Source: Eledone cirrhosa
Lineage: Eukaryota
DNA: 64,000 nt
NCBI GenBank assembly: GCA_964016885.1
Contig: OZ024744.1
Span: 71,858,001 to 71,922,000, forward strand
Direction of reading: 5' to 3'
Shown here piece after piece: positions 12,561-26,480 of the stretch. Position numbers and translations under genes: made by a program. The notes under the pieces are model-generated. The model saw nothing but the letters and a program-made list of their open reading frames with translations. It did no database searches and had not been told where the DNA came from. Numbering within the stretch: the stretch's first letter is position 1; each line of letters begins with the position of its first letter.

Positions 12561-13415
12561 CATCAAGGAGGAAGAGCAGCCTTAAGGGAAAATCCCTTCA
12601 TAGTACCTTCTTTGAGAAAACTGAATTTGAGATCCACAGACATGGAACTGGTTGAGAAGAGGAGACCTCAAAAAGGCTACAGAAGGAATGCTAATGGCTG
12701 CGCAGGAGCAGGCCCTAAAAACGATGTGGTTGAAGCACCATATTTACAAGGAGGAGGCTAGCCCACTGTGCAGGATCTGTGGAGAGAGAGAGGAGACTGT
12801 GGCTCACATTGTGTCCGAGTGTAAACACCTAGCCCAGACCCACTATAAGGGCTGGAGACACGATGTGATGGGCAGGGTGATCCACTGGCACCTGTGCAAA
12901 GTAAACAATTTACCACATTCTGAGAAATGGTATGAGCATAGGCCAGAGGCGGTGATGGAGAACAATCAGGTGAAGGTGCTGTGGGATTTTAGGATACAGA
13001 CGGACAAAAAACTGGAACACAATAGACCTGACCTGGTGGTTGTGGACAAAGAAAAAAGATCGTGTCTGATTGTGGATGTGGCCTGCCCGTTCGACACGAG
13101 AGTGCAAGAGAAGGAGAGGGAGAAAATTAACCGATACCAGGACCTAAAGTGGGAGGTGAAAAGGATTTGGAACTGCCATGAAGTCAAAGTGATCCCGATT
13201 GTCATAGGCGCACTGGGGACTATCTCCAAAAGTTTCCAGGGATGGTTAAAGAAAATCGGCCCCTTCACGCTTTTTGGAACGCTTCAAAAGGCATGCTTGC
13301 TTGGAACAGCAAGAACCCTCCGATACGTCCTGAATATCTGAGGCTGCAGGTAGTGGCTTGATATTCAATCCAACGGACTTTCCAGTTAACCAACATCAAT
13401 GACTGAGATTCAAGG
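12561..13415 (+). mobile_element. 5'-truncated R4/Dong-type LINE (CCHC knuckle + restriction-like endonuclease) inserted in (AAT)n
   Basis: ORF 12652-13341: CRIC..ETVAHIVSEC, RHD, RPDLVVVD..VDVACP..KE.EK..Y.DL, PIVIGALG, LQKACLLGT; (AAT)n on both sides. Confidence 0.93.
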
Positions 13416-14456
13416 AATAACAACAATAATAATAATAATAATAATAATAAGAAGAAGAATAAGGGAAGAAGACGCACGAGGTGGTAGAAGGTCATGAAAT
13501 CGCTCCCGTAAGTTTTTGATTTTTAACATATTTAAATCAATTGTGAAATAACAATTCTTAGTACAAATGTTGCATAAACCACCGAATGAGGTCCCATAAA
13601 GTTTCGGATCCATATTATATTGTTGTATCGCTCAAATATTCAATTTTGTATTATATATTTTGTATTCAAAAAAAGAAAATGGTTATAAATGGAAGAAAAC
13701 ACCCTCTGTCTACACTATATAGAACAGCCAAATAACAGCAATTTCACCAACACCAGAAACTTGATACACCACCTATCCCATCACACTAAATATAACAGCC
13801 AGATAACGGCAATTTCACCACCACCACCATCAATCCCAGCATCATAAGAATAATTACTATTATTATTGTCTCAAATTTTAACAAAATGTTTAATTCCAAT
13901 TTTACGGGAATATGTCAACACAATATATAATAAAAATTTATATTAAACATACGAACACAAACTCATAGATACTACATATCAGTAACCACAACGCCACCGC
14001 TGCCACCACCCCACCCCATCCATCACTGCTACCACTATCCCATCGCCGCCGCCACCACTCCTTCATTGCAACCACCACTATTCCCCTGTTAACTTGAGAG
14101 AGAAAGGGGAAGGTGGCGGTATCACTAGACAAGGGAGAGGCTAGCAAAAGATGTAAATAGATTGACTTAGTGACCTGGCCACCGGCCAAACGTCAACATC
14201 AACAACTATGGGACTGCTGGCTCACCCCTTCCTCACCAACAATATAAAAAGCCCCGGCACCACCACCGACATAGCCAACAACAATAACAGCCAACTACAA
14301 CAAAAAGTATATTATATTATTGTAATGCACTGGGTGATTGCTGGCCTTGTGCCTGGAGTGGAGACAGTTATTAATAATTTCATTCTTAAGCCACGCAATG
14401 CTCACATTAAGGAACCACTCATGATAATAACAATTTAAAAAAACAAAAAAAGAAAA

Positions 14457-17400
14457 CCCCGTGACCAAGAAATACCGGCATGGCGGCCGGCGGGGAATAG
14501 CCGTGTCTCTAGGGGAGAACGACCCCTCTAGTCTTGGTTGACACTCGTTCTAGAAGTGGTAACACGAAATGATTACCCCTTGGCGAATAAGGATAAAACG
14601 CGACAAAATAAAGTAAATGTCTAATGATAAAATCTCATACCGGATCGGCCGTCACCCGGGTAAAAAAGGGCCGCGTCCCTCAGAGAGGAACCAGACTGGG
14701 GTCAAAAAATCAGCTAATGGTTCAAACCTTCCCATCACTTCGGAGCTGGAGACCTCCCATAACCGGAATACTCCTACTGTTGGCCCTCCATGCTCACCAC
14801 CAAGAAATCCAAAGAAAAAGAGAGAAAAATGGTCAAGGGAAGATAATAAAGAAGTCCTTGAGGCTTTCTACACTGCCATGTACTACCCATCAAATACATC
14901 GAATACAGAACAGACATATATCAACTGGAAAAAGAAACATCCCGAAAACAGAGGCTATATTGACAGTAACAAACTAGCCAATATACGAAGAAATATTGTA
15001 AGAAAAAAGTTACTAACTGATATAGAAATTGATCAGATCAAGCTATTAGCACAAAGCCAGCGAAGGGAAAATGAAACATGTGTCAGTGAAAACGAGGTAA
15101 ACTGTAAAACTTCGAATCCCAGGGTTGGGCGGAATCACTGGCAACAGAACAAATTAAAGAAAGGATCGAAAAAGTGGAGGGAGTGTATGCTCAGGATGAA
15201 ACTCCAAATGAAAATAATGAGATCGTAAATGATAAAGAAATGAATGAGAATGAACTTGCCAACTTGAAGGATGAAATTATGATCGAATGGATGAAAATGA
15301 AAGAATCTGACATGGGGCAACGAGACACCCTCCCTAAGATCCAGAACTCCAAACAGAACCAAAAGATAATACACAAGACTAACATAATTCTCAAAAACAT
15401 TATCATCACAAACAAACTAAACATTACTGATTTAAATCATCTCTATTATGCATCGGCTAAAGTCACCACTCACTTATGTGGAGTGAAGATGAAAAAACAA
15501 AGGAATTCCCACAAGAAATCTACTTGGCAAGAGAACATCAATCGCCAAATAAACCTTCTCCGATCTGACATAGAAATTTTAACAAACTATAAAGTAGGTG
15601 AACATGTTAAACAAACTAAACTTAGAAAATTGAAAAAAAAGAACAGTATAAAATCAACATGTGACATAGACATGCTGATAGAAATAATCAAGCAAAAAGT
15701 GTCGGCCAAAGCTGCTCGTATAAGGCGCTTTGAAAAACGATCTAGATTCTATAAGGACAATAATATGTTCAAAAAGAACCAAAGAAACTTCTACAGAAAA
15801 ATTGGTAAGTCAACAATAACTGCTAAATCAATACCACCCAAGGAGGAAGTGCAAGAATTCTGGGAAAAGATCTGGGCCGAAGAAAAAGTTCATAACATAC
15901 ATGCCCCATGGATAGACAGACAAATGAAAGATACAGCTCACCTTGAGGAACAAATATGGGAAAATATAACAGTTGAACAGTTGCGCTTGGCTCTAAGAAA
16001 AACCAGCAAATGGAAACCCCCAGGAAAAGACAAAATACAAAATACAAAACTTTTGGATAAATGCCTTCACAGAGTCTCATGAGCTGTTAGCCCAACTTTA
16101 CAATGAAATAGTTAAGGAGCCAGAAAAGATAACATCATGGCTAGTTAACGGCATTACATTCCTGCTTCCGAAGAATGATGAGACAAACAATCCCCAAAAT
16201 TACAGACCGATAACTTGCTTGACCACAATGTATAAAATTTTAACATCAGTCCTAACTGAATACACATATGACCACCTGATAACAAATGACCTATTTCCCA
16301 TTGAGCAGAAAGGGTGTAAACGAGGCTCATATGGCTATCGATTGCTTGGATAGATTATAAAAAAGCATTCGATAGTTTGCCACACAGTTGGATTGAAAAA
16401 TGTTTAGAGATTTTCAAAATATCTCCCGTTGTCAGGAGGTTTTTGTCATTCAGTATGAAGACATGGAAAACGACACTCCTTTTGAATAGTGAAACAAAAT
16501 CACTGGAAGCTGGAGAAGTTAATATTAATTGTGGAATTTTTCAGGGTGACTCTTTATCACCGCTTTTATTCTGCATCGCATTTATACCATTAAGTAAAAT
16601 GCTCAATGAAACAAAACATGGATATAAAGTCTATGACAAAACCATTAATCACCTGTTCTACATGGATGACCTGAAACTATTTGCAAAAAATGATGAACAA
16701 TTGCAAGGGCTATTATCCACTGTGGAGCAGTTCAGTGATGACATTAAAATGGAGTTTGGACTAGATAAATGCGCCAAAGCAACGTTCACCAGAGGAAAGC
16801 TGCTGAAGAGTTCAGACATTAATCTTGATCGGGGGAACGTGATAAGAGAACTTGATCAAGAAAAAACTTACAAATATCTAGGTGTTTGTGAAGGAGACGG
16901 ACTCAAGCACTCGACAATGAGGGAAAGGATAAGGAAGGAATGTTACCGCAGAGTAAGAGCAATCTTAAGAACGGAATTGAATGCAAGGAATAGGATCGAT
17001 GCCATAAACACGCTTGCCATACCAGTAGTAACCTACAGTTACAATGTCATCAACTGGTCAAGCACAGAGATCCGTAGGCTCGATACAAAAATTCGAAAAT
17101 TCTTAACCATGCACAGAATGCATCACCCTAAGGCAGATATAGATAGAATATATCTCCCTAGGAAAGAAGGAGGACGTGGGTTAATCCAGTTAGACATTGC
17201 GTTGAAAACTGCAACAATTGGATTATCTACATATCTAAGGGAATCACATGATTGGATGATCAAACTCGTTTTGAAACACGAAAGCATCAAAAGATCATAT
17301 TCCATTACAAAAGATGCACAAAGATACAGTAATGGACTACAAATTTCAGAAGTCCCATTTACTGCTGAAATGGAAAACAGAAAAAGCAAAGCAGGTAAAA

Positions 17401-18343
17401 GTAACTGCAAAGAAAGAACTGCTACAGAAACTGGCTAAGAAATGGCAAGAAAAGCCTCTGTATGGAAAATACCCAGAGCGAGCTAACAATGCTGATGTTG
17501 ACAAAACTTTAACCCATCAGTGGTTGGCATCCTCTGGACTGAAATCGGAGACTGAAGGACTGATTATATCAGCACAAGATCAGTGTCTGCCAACAAAAAA
17601 TTACCAAGCCAACATAATAAAAAATGGGTGCAGCCCATTATGCCGTGTATGCAAAAAACAACCAGAGACCATTGACCATATAATTTCAATGTGCAGTCCT
17701 ATAGCTCCAACCTAAACAGGCATGACAGAGCTGCACAATACATACATTGGATAATGTGTAAGCATTTTGACCTGTCCCCTCAAAAGAATTGGTGGGAGCA
17801 TCAACCACCTCCCATACTTGAAAAAGATCACATCTCAATCTTGTGGAACTTTAGCATCCAAACAGACCGAAAAATAGATGCAAATAGACCTGATATAATA
17901 TTGAAGGACTTTCAAAAGAGGGTATGTCTGCTAATTGATATGTCTGTTCCAATAGACAAGAATGTATCTATAAAAACATTTGAAAAATTGAGCAAGTATA
18001 AGGACCTGGAGATAGAAATTGGAAAAATGTGGAAATTGAGAACTAAAACAATACCAGTGGTTGTAGGCGCTCTGGGAATGATACCTAAGGGGTCTAATGA
18101 TTACTTATCGCAGATCCCAGGAAACCCGCGTATAGGAGAAATACAAAAGATAGTACTAATGGGAACTGCCCATATACTAAGGAAGATTCTGTCAATATAA
18201 GTACATCACAAGTCTAAACACTAAAGATGCATGTGTGAATATGTATGTTCTTTCTTGAACATGGCGGATTTTGTTGTCTCTTGAGGTCACTGGTTGTGAC
18301 TTGGTGATAACTCGTATGAACATAAAGCAAGATAAATGCAACT
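14457..18343 (+). mobile_element. Near full-length, frameshifted R4/Dong-type LINE (N-terminal domain, RT, CCHC, restriction-like endonuclease)
   Basis: ORFs 14617-15228, 15174-16082, 16377-17438 (GIFQGDSLSPLLF, HLFYMDDLKL), 17314-17715 (CRVC..H..C), 17691-18200 (RHD, RPDII..LIDMSVP..K, VVVGALG); small deletion in RT near 16335; (ATA)n tail; 5' boundary approximate. Confidence 0.95.
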
Positions 18344-18363
18344 ATAATAATAATAATAATAAT

Positions 18364-21201
18364 GGTTTCTTTATTGGCCACAAGGGCTAACACGAAGAAA
18401 AACATTAGAGACGGCACAGAACAGTACAAGACGATACAAAGTGGGTTTTGGACGTGTAAACAGGTTCTAACACAATTGGGTTAGAAATAAAAAAAATCCA
18501 AACAACAAAAATTCCCCCGAAAGGGAGGAAACCTCCGAGCACCTTCTCTCAGTTTTCCACTCCTCAGTCTACAGGCGCATGCTCGGAGCGAGCTCGTTCA
18601 CTCGGACCAGACTCGCCACTTTCACCCACCTTTCAACAAACTTACTAGAAGACAACACTTGCCTCTCCACCCTGATTTTCTTCTTGAAGTGAAACTTGAA
18701 AAAGTTAATCAGGGAGTGGCCGAAGAGGAAAGTGCCCGTCTTCAACCCTTTCAACTTTGTCCACCACACAATCTATTTCGCCATGGCCACCAGGCAGATG
18801 AAAACTGCCTGCCCTTCCTCCTCTTTAAAGGAGGAAGGCGGGGCTATCTGCACAATGGACTCAGTCGATAACCGGATCAGTCCTACACGCGACAGCAGCT
18901 GTTCGACATAGCTCCACAAGTCAGAAATCCTCGGGCACTGAACGAATGTGTGCAGGACGCTTTCGTCGCCCTGCCCGCATCTCGAACAGGCTCGGCTGAC
19001 AACACCTCCGTACCTGTAGAGCTTATCCCGAACCGGCAACGCTACCCGGTAGCACTGGCAGGCCACGGATTTCTGGAAGTTGTCCATAGACCCCGGTCTG
19101 AAAGTTCTCTTGAAGAGAGCAAACAGCTGATCGTCTTCGACGCCCAGGATCTCCCCGTGAACGTCGTCGCTCTTTCTCCCCACTAGCCCTCTATAGAACG
19201 CCGAGGGGGATGTTCCACTGATTTACCCCTCGTGCAGTCAGACATCGCTTTCCGTATTTCACCTGCTGTTATCGGCTTTTCGCAGCGCTGGGCTGTGGTC
19301 GTCGAGAGCCGCGGGGGTCTGTCGAGGTATGCACCGAAGTCCATACTCTGAACCGGCCCGCCGCCGCTCCCGATCAATTGAGCAAAGTGCTGTTGAAAAG
19401 CCGCACACATTTGCTCGGGTTCGAGTAACATGCGCACGTTTTGATCAGGCAAAGACCGAATTGTGGACTTGTTGCCACGTCGCGCCTCCACCACACGCTC
19501 TATCTCTGACAACGCAGCCTTCATGCTTTGCGTTGAAGAATTGGTCGAGTGCCAATCTCGCCGCAAGCACGTCGGTTGCGATGCCTGTCCTAAACGCCTC
19601 TTCTAGTTTTCTAACTAACTCTTCCTCTACTCTATTTTCCTCTATCATTACTCCTTTGCTAAATCTTATCGATTCTACTCTAATAGCCCTTTTCAGGGTA
19701 AACCACCACCTGTTGTTGACGATCACACCTGTCAACGCACGCTGAACTAATTCGCTAATCCGGTCTCTGTAAGCTTTGCGCGCCGGGACCGACGCGTTCA
19801 GCTTCCAGTAGCCGGGCCCTTGCCTATGGAGTCTATCGAAGTCAACTTCACAGATCAAAAATTTGTGGTCCGTGTAGTCGACTACTTTAAATTGTGGACA
19901 ACCTACACTAGCCTTATCTGTTTCCCTACAGAATACTCTATCTAAATACCATCTGGATGACCCGATGCGGTTTTCCCATGTCCACATTGGCACATTCGGA
20001 TAATCCAGTCTATACATGTTAGACAGTTTAAAACGTCTGAGCAGGTTCTTGGGGCTTTTACTGCTCTGTCTACTATCCCCACATAATCCCAACGTGCATC
20101 TAAGATACCGTTCCAGTCGCCCACTAACACTAAAGAGCGGAACGTTCCAAAAAAGGTCTCTAGACGTCTGAAGAAATCTGGCCATCCTGCCCATGTTGGG
20201 GCGTAGACGGCCACTAGCCTGAAAGCATTGCCTTCGCTGCCGGTCACGTCCAGCACCACCGACTTACCTTCTGGGTCTAGGAAGATGGCCCGTTTGGCGA
20301 GATCCAAGCCTCTCCGAAAAAACACAGCAACTCCTCCCCCCGATCCTGGATGGGTGGGAGATGCGTATACATCGTAGCCGCCGAAGATCGGTGCGAAGGC
20401 TCGTGCTTCGGAGATTCTGGTCTCGCTGATGGCCACCACATCTATGTTTAGTGACCTGAATTCATTGAGCAGGTGACCATGCTTCCAAGATGATTCCAGG
20501 CCACGTACATTTACACTGCCTATTCTAAGTACGGCCAAGCTGGGTGAGGAACGGGTAAGTGAGAAAGGATCCCTTACCTTAATCCTGTGGGGAAGGGATA
20601 GTAGAACCATCCCTTCGGCTGGTCATGGGTGTCTCCCAGATGATATCTGTATAGATTCTCTTGGAGAGTGACCCTCTGAAATCCCCATTGGGTAATTTTT
20701 GCTTTAATTGTTTATAGTCTTCCAGTTTAATTTCGACAATTCTAATGTTTTTGGGTAATGTTCTTGGCGTTGGTGGTGTGTGGTAATGCAAGTCTGAAAT
20801 ATCAGTGTGCTGTGTTATATGTTCCATTAGTCCTTTGTGTGCAATGTTTATGGTTGTGTTATTTTTTGACAAGCGGGGGGGGGGGGGTTGTTACTGTTTC
20901 TTGTTGCTGTTGGGTGCGTCTACTTTGTTGTGTTTGCGATGTTGCTGTTTGTAGTGATGCTGGTGGTGGTGTGGTTGTGTGTTGGTGGTGATGCTTGTGG
21001 TGGTGTTGCTGCAAGTCTCCATGCAGCCTTTACTCCTCTTTCTTTGCCTTCGCTTTTGGAGGGAGAAGCTGTGGTGTTTTTGCGTTTTTTTATTTTTGTT
21101 GTTGACAACCGTTTTCCACTCCTCAGCCGCCTCATATTCCATGTCCGACTGTGAGAGGTCGAGGAGGGGTATGAGTTCTGCCCTCTCATTTGTGTTTGTT
21201 G

Positions 21202-21233
<32 letters not shown>

Positions 21234-22766
21234 GATGGAGCCTGGTCTGCCGTTCTTGGCACAGGTGCAGCTAGTGCAACTGTTTCTGTTGCTGCAGTTG
21301 CCGCCGTTGTTTTTTTGTCCGTGGCTTTGGTGTGGGTACCACGGACGTTGTCCTACTATCTGTAGAAGCTCCCGACCTATTCGTTGACTGCTCTGTTTCT
21401 GATGGCAGCGGTTCCGGCGTTGGAAGGAGTGGGACCTTCACCTTTGTTATTTTCTGTGGGTAGAAGGCCCTGGGGTGAGACTTCGATCCACAGTTGAAGC
21501 ACTTTGTGCACCTTCCTTATACAGATATGGGAAGTTGGGAGCCATTCTCGAGGTTTATTACGTCGGGAATAACACTGATGCAGTCCTGGTTGGTTTGGAT
21601 GAGCATCTCCATTCCAATACCGGACCAGTCCTCTCTCCCCAACTTCTGTACATGCAGAATGGTTGTTCTATCCTCGATGCCCGCTAGAACAACCACGACC
21701 AGTCAAGGCAGGGGTACGTAGGGCAGGACCTGGGTTACCCTGACCTTTGCAATTTTCTCCCGCAGTAAAACGGGATTATGTCATGTCATCACTTCGTAGG
21801 GTCCTCAATGAGTGCGATTTTGCTTCCTGGGTGGTAGCAAAAAGGACGTCCACGGTAGCATATTTCTTGCCACGGGTGATGTGGGTTTTTCGTGCTCACA
21901 CAGTTCCCAAGGCCTTCTGGATTTGGGCCTCCGAGGCTCTCTCCACACGACGCGATTTCGTGGCAATCGTGCGGTATGACACAGTGCGTCGCTCTTGTTC
22001 CTCCAGGAAGTCGGTTGGTGGTTTCAAGGTCACTGAAAATTCAGTTCTGGTTACCATGTGTCTTGCGACCGCCATCTCCTCCTCTGTTATCAGGACCGTT
22101 TCTATGTTGCGAGCCACCTTTGCAAAAGAGATGGTCTCTTTTTCAGTGGCATCGTTGTTTCCGCCGCTACTGCTGCTACTGGTCTTGTTGTTGGTGCTGT
22201 TGCTGTTGTTACTGCTACAAATGTTGTTGTTGCTGTTATCACTGTTGCAGTTGGTTGTGACTTTGGTGCTACAGTTGTTGTTGTTCTCGGTGCAATTTGT
22301 ATTGTTGCTGTTGGTGTTGTCGCTATTTGTTTTCATGTTAGTGGTGTTAATATTGTTGTTGCATCTGTTGACATTTTTTCTGTTGTCTGTATTTTGGTTG
22401 TCGCTGTTACTTTTGTGGTTGGTGTGGTCATTTTTTCTAAATTAGTGTTCTTAGTGTTGTTGTCATTGTTGTCTTTGTTCACGTTGTTTGTGGTGGTGTT
22501 TGTTGTATCAATTTCTGTGTTCGCTGTAACTCTCCTCTCAACTTTTACGCCGTTGTCATATGACAGCAAACATATTGTTGGGGCGTGGCTCAGACATATT
22601 TTTTTTTCGATAATTTTTAAATGTAAAAAGTTCAGATATTTGGGCCTAAAGGCCCAAATATTATACTTTCCCCTTCACAGGGCAAAGTCTAAGTTTAAGA
22701 ATAAATGATTATGACAGGTAAATAAAGAGACTTACGAGAGCGAGCAAAAAGACGTCCGAACAGACC
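18364..22766 (-). mobile_element. Tx1/L1-clade LINE with ORF1, APE endonuclease and 3' Cys domain; RT internally deleted
   Basis: ORF1 remnants 20580-22570 (Asn/Thr-rich N-terminus, knuckle CFNCGSKSH near 21480); APE SVNVRG, ISETR, VYAP, GDWN, YLDRV, YTDH; C-terminal CSRC..ESVLHTFVQC; both ends flanked by (AAT)n. Confidence 0.93.
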
Positions 22767-22779
22767 AATAATAATAATA

Positions 22780-23199
22780 GTAATGATAATGGTTTCTTAT
22801 ATAGGCACAAGGCCAGCAATTTTTTGGGGGGAGGGGAAATCGATTAAATCAACCCCAGTGCGTGACTGGTACTTTATTTTATCGATCCCGTAAGGATGAA
22901 AGGCAAAGTTAACCTCGGCGGGATTTGAACTCAGATCATAAAGGGCCGTAACTCTATGCTGCAAAGCATGGAGTCCGACCCTCTACCGATACTGCCAATC
23001 CACCGCCCTAGTAATAATAATATTAATTGTTTCTACTTTTGGCACAAGGCCAGTAATTATCCCAGTGTATTACTGGTACTTTATTCTATCGACCCCATAC
23101 GGATGAAAGGCAAATTTAACTTCGGCGGGATTTGAACTCAGATCATAAAGGGCCAAAACTCCATGCTGCCAGTCATAACATCCGACCCTCTACCGATAC
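22780..23199 (-). mobile_element. Two tandem SINE family A copies
   Basis: Reverse complement of family head, core and tail at about 22780-23008 and 23023-23199. Confidence 0.88.
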
Positions 23200-23797
23200 G
23201 TAAGTATAAATCATACGTTTATTTTTATGTTTAAACTATTTTTCTAATGCATCAAAAATCCTAAACCTTTCTTTCATTTGTGTATATTGTAATCTGCATA
23301 GTTAATTAAATCCTGTGTATCTTTGTGTTTAGTTTTATTTTCGCATTTGTATTTCTTTATCTAACTTTATTTGTATTGGCATATCCCAGAGTATGGTTGC
23401 TTCGACATTTTTTGACACTTTTTGTGGTGTATGTCTGATCGCCTTTTCTGCTGTTGGTATTTTGTACTGTTGGCATAACCGGAGACAAAGGGTTAATGGA
23501 TAAAACAAAAGATACAGACATATTTAACCACAGTAATAGCTATAAACAGAAAAGTATCATATGATCCACATGGCAGGTACAATGTGTCCGAGCAGCAGAA
23601 GAGCCGAACTCCCACTGTCATCGCCTCCATCTCTTCAGTTATTATCATATTTTGGGATGGATTAGTAATAAAGTTAGAATGGCCTCATTTCTATAATAAA
23701 TTAATAAGTACCTCCATGTCAAAGTTAAGGTTATTCTCATAAGGGGAAAGTTAAACACATATTTCATATTCACTTTCATCTACAGTAATAATTCATC

Positions 23798-23860
<63 letters not shown>

Positions 23861-24094
23861 TTCCTTGAGATTGTCCAGCTGTTTTATAGTTATAAAGTAG
23901 AGTTTGTACATTTTAATTTACCTTTTAATTATTTTGTATTTTCCACACTTTTCGTAGACTTTATATTCTTCCCTTTAGTAGTTCTCTACCCCTCATAATT
24001 GAAAACATACCTCTTTTTGTGTTTTCTTCTTTATATACTGTATTATGAAGAGTCCGGTACTTATTCCTTGAGCCCATTAATTTACATATATATA

Positions 24095-24280
24095 GGCGGT
24101 GGATTGGCAGTATCGGTAGAGGGTCGGACATGCTTTCCAGCATAGTTACGTCCCTTTACGATCTGAGTTCAAATCCCGTAGAGGTTAACTTTGCCTTTCA
24201 TCCTTACGGGGTCGATAAAATAAAGTACCAGTAATGTACTGGATAATTGCTGGCCTTGTGCCAAAAGGAGAAAGAATTAA
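24095..24280 (+). mobile_element. SINE family A
   Basis: ggcggtggattggcagtatcggtagagggtcgg..gagttcaaatccc..core..tail. Confidence 0.88.
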
Positions 24281-24606
24281 TTTACATACATATATATATA
24301 TATATATCATAGATTGAGTTAGAAACTCAGAATAGTCTTTTACTCAACCTTGGTCATTTGTAATTGGAATCCATGTATACTTATATCGGTATTCATCCCT
24401 CTCATATATTCAATTATATATATATATATACATATATATATAATGCGGCTTGACTGCCGGTCGCTATATTTGATTTGCAAAGCTGTCTAAACGTATTGTT
24501 ATAACTCTGGGGTATTATTCTCCATCGAGTGCTAAAGCTACATTCCGAATCTGCATTCGTTAGCTTAGCCGCAACCTAAAGATTCGTTAGTTGTACTAAA
24601 ATTTGT

Positions 24607-24651
<45 letters not shown>

Positions 24652-24656
24652 TAGAT

Positions 24657-24717
<61 letters not shown>

Positions 24718-24764
24718 AATTTTAGTACATTAACGAATCTCTCTCTATATATATATGTATATGC

Positions 24765-25228
<464 letters not shown>

Positions 25229-25272
25229 TTATCGACCCCTCTTTGGATTTTAGTCTTCACATTTATTATTAT

Positions 25273-25309
<37 letters not shown>

Positions 25310-25631
25310 TAGTTCCACAACAGTTAATTCACCATTTAAGAGATTTAACTGTTGTGGAACTACTGGTACCAAACTCATCCCAAGGTGTGACTGCTCTACT
25401 ACTACGAATATAACCTTCCAGTGTTCTACTAATATATATATATAAAGATAAATACATACATATACATGCTTGGACAGATCATCTGTCATGCAGTCAGACA
25501 GTCAGACAGATACAGAGAAAGATATATTTATATAGATATAGATAGAATGGTATATAGAAGGAGAGGTAGATAGGCAGATTGGTAGAGGTAGATATATATA
25601 TGGGTGTATATGTGTGAGTGTGTGTGTGTAT

Positions 25632-25743
<112 letters not shown>

Positions 25744-26160
25744 GAAAAGAGATAAAGTAGATGAACAAGGTACGAGTGAGTAAAGAACGTAAATATAACG
25801 TGATAGTTGAAACGTTGAGCATTCCGCTGAAGTGGAGTTTCCGTAAAATCTTTAATACAATATGACACCATAGCTCAGGTGTTACTAGGCTCTTGAGATA
25901 AATTAAGGACATCCTCACGACTATACCGGCTGTCAGGATGTTAATAAATTGTATGAAATTCAAATCAAACTATGTGAATATATATTGTTTAAGAACACGT
26001 GTATTTTTCATATAGAAAGAATGCATGGTGTGTTTGAATATTTTTGTGTGTATGTGTGTATCAGACCGTATGTCTTTTTGTTTCTTTAATGGACACAGAC
26101 ATCTAGATTTTTTTGGTAACAAATATACTATTAGCGTTGTTATTATTGAAATACATATAA

Positions 26161-26379
26161 GGGCGGTGGATTGGCAGTATCGATAGAGGGTCGGACGCCA
26201 TGCTTTGATGCATAGAGTTATGGCTCTTTATGATCTGAATTCAACTCCCACCGAGGTTAACTTTGCTTTTCATCCTTACGGGTCGATAAAATAAAGTACC
26301 AGACACATACTGGGGTCGATTTAATCGACCCGTCCCCCAAATTGCTGGCCGAAATTGCCTATTATAAGAAACCATTATT
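26161..26379 (+). mobile_element. SINE family A
   Basis: Family head and core; tail ends aagaaaccattatt. Confidence 0.85.
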
Positions 26380-26404
26380 GAAATCCATATATAAAAAACA
26401 AAAA

Positions 26405-26480
26405 CACTCGCCTTAATGGTTAAGTTGTTTGGCTCACGATCGTAAGGTCTTCAGCTCGATTGCCGGCGGGAATGAGCTCA
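26405..26480 (+). pseudogene. Degenerate tRNA-like sequence (Val-like SINE head)
   Basis: taatggttaag A box, ctcacga anticodon-like loop, aaggtc..gctcgattgccggcggga B-box-like; cloverleaf not intact. Confidence 0.35.

Noticed and set aside
21747-22708. Long hydrophobic plus-strand ORFs resembling membrane proteins
   Set aside because: Antisense shadow of the Asn/Thr-rich low-complexity ORF1 of the Tx1 element.
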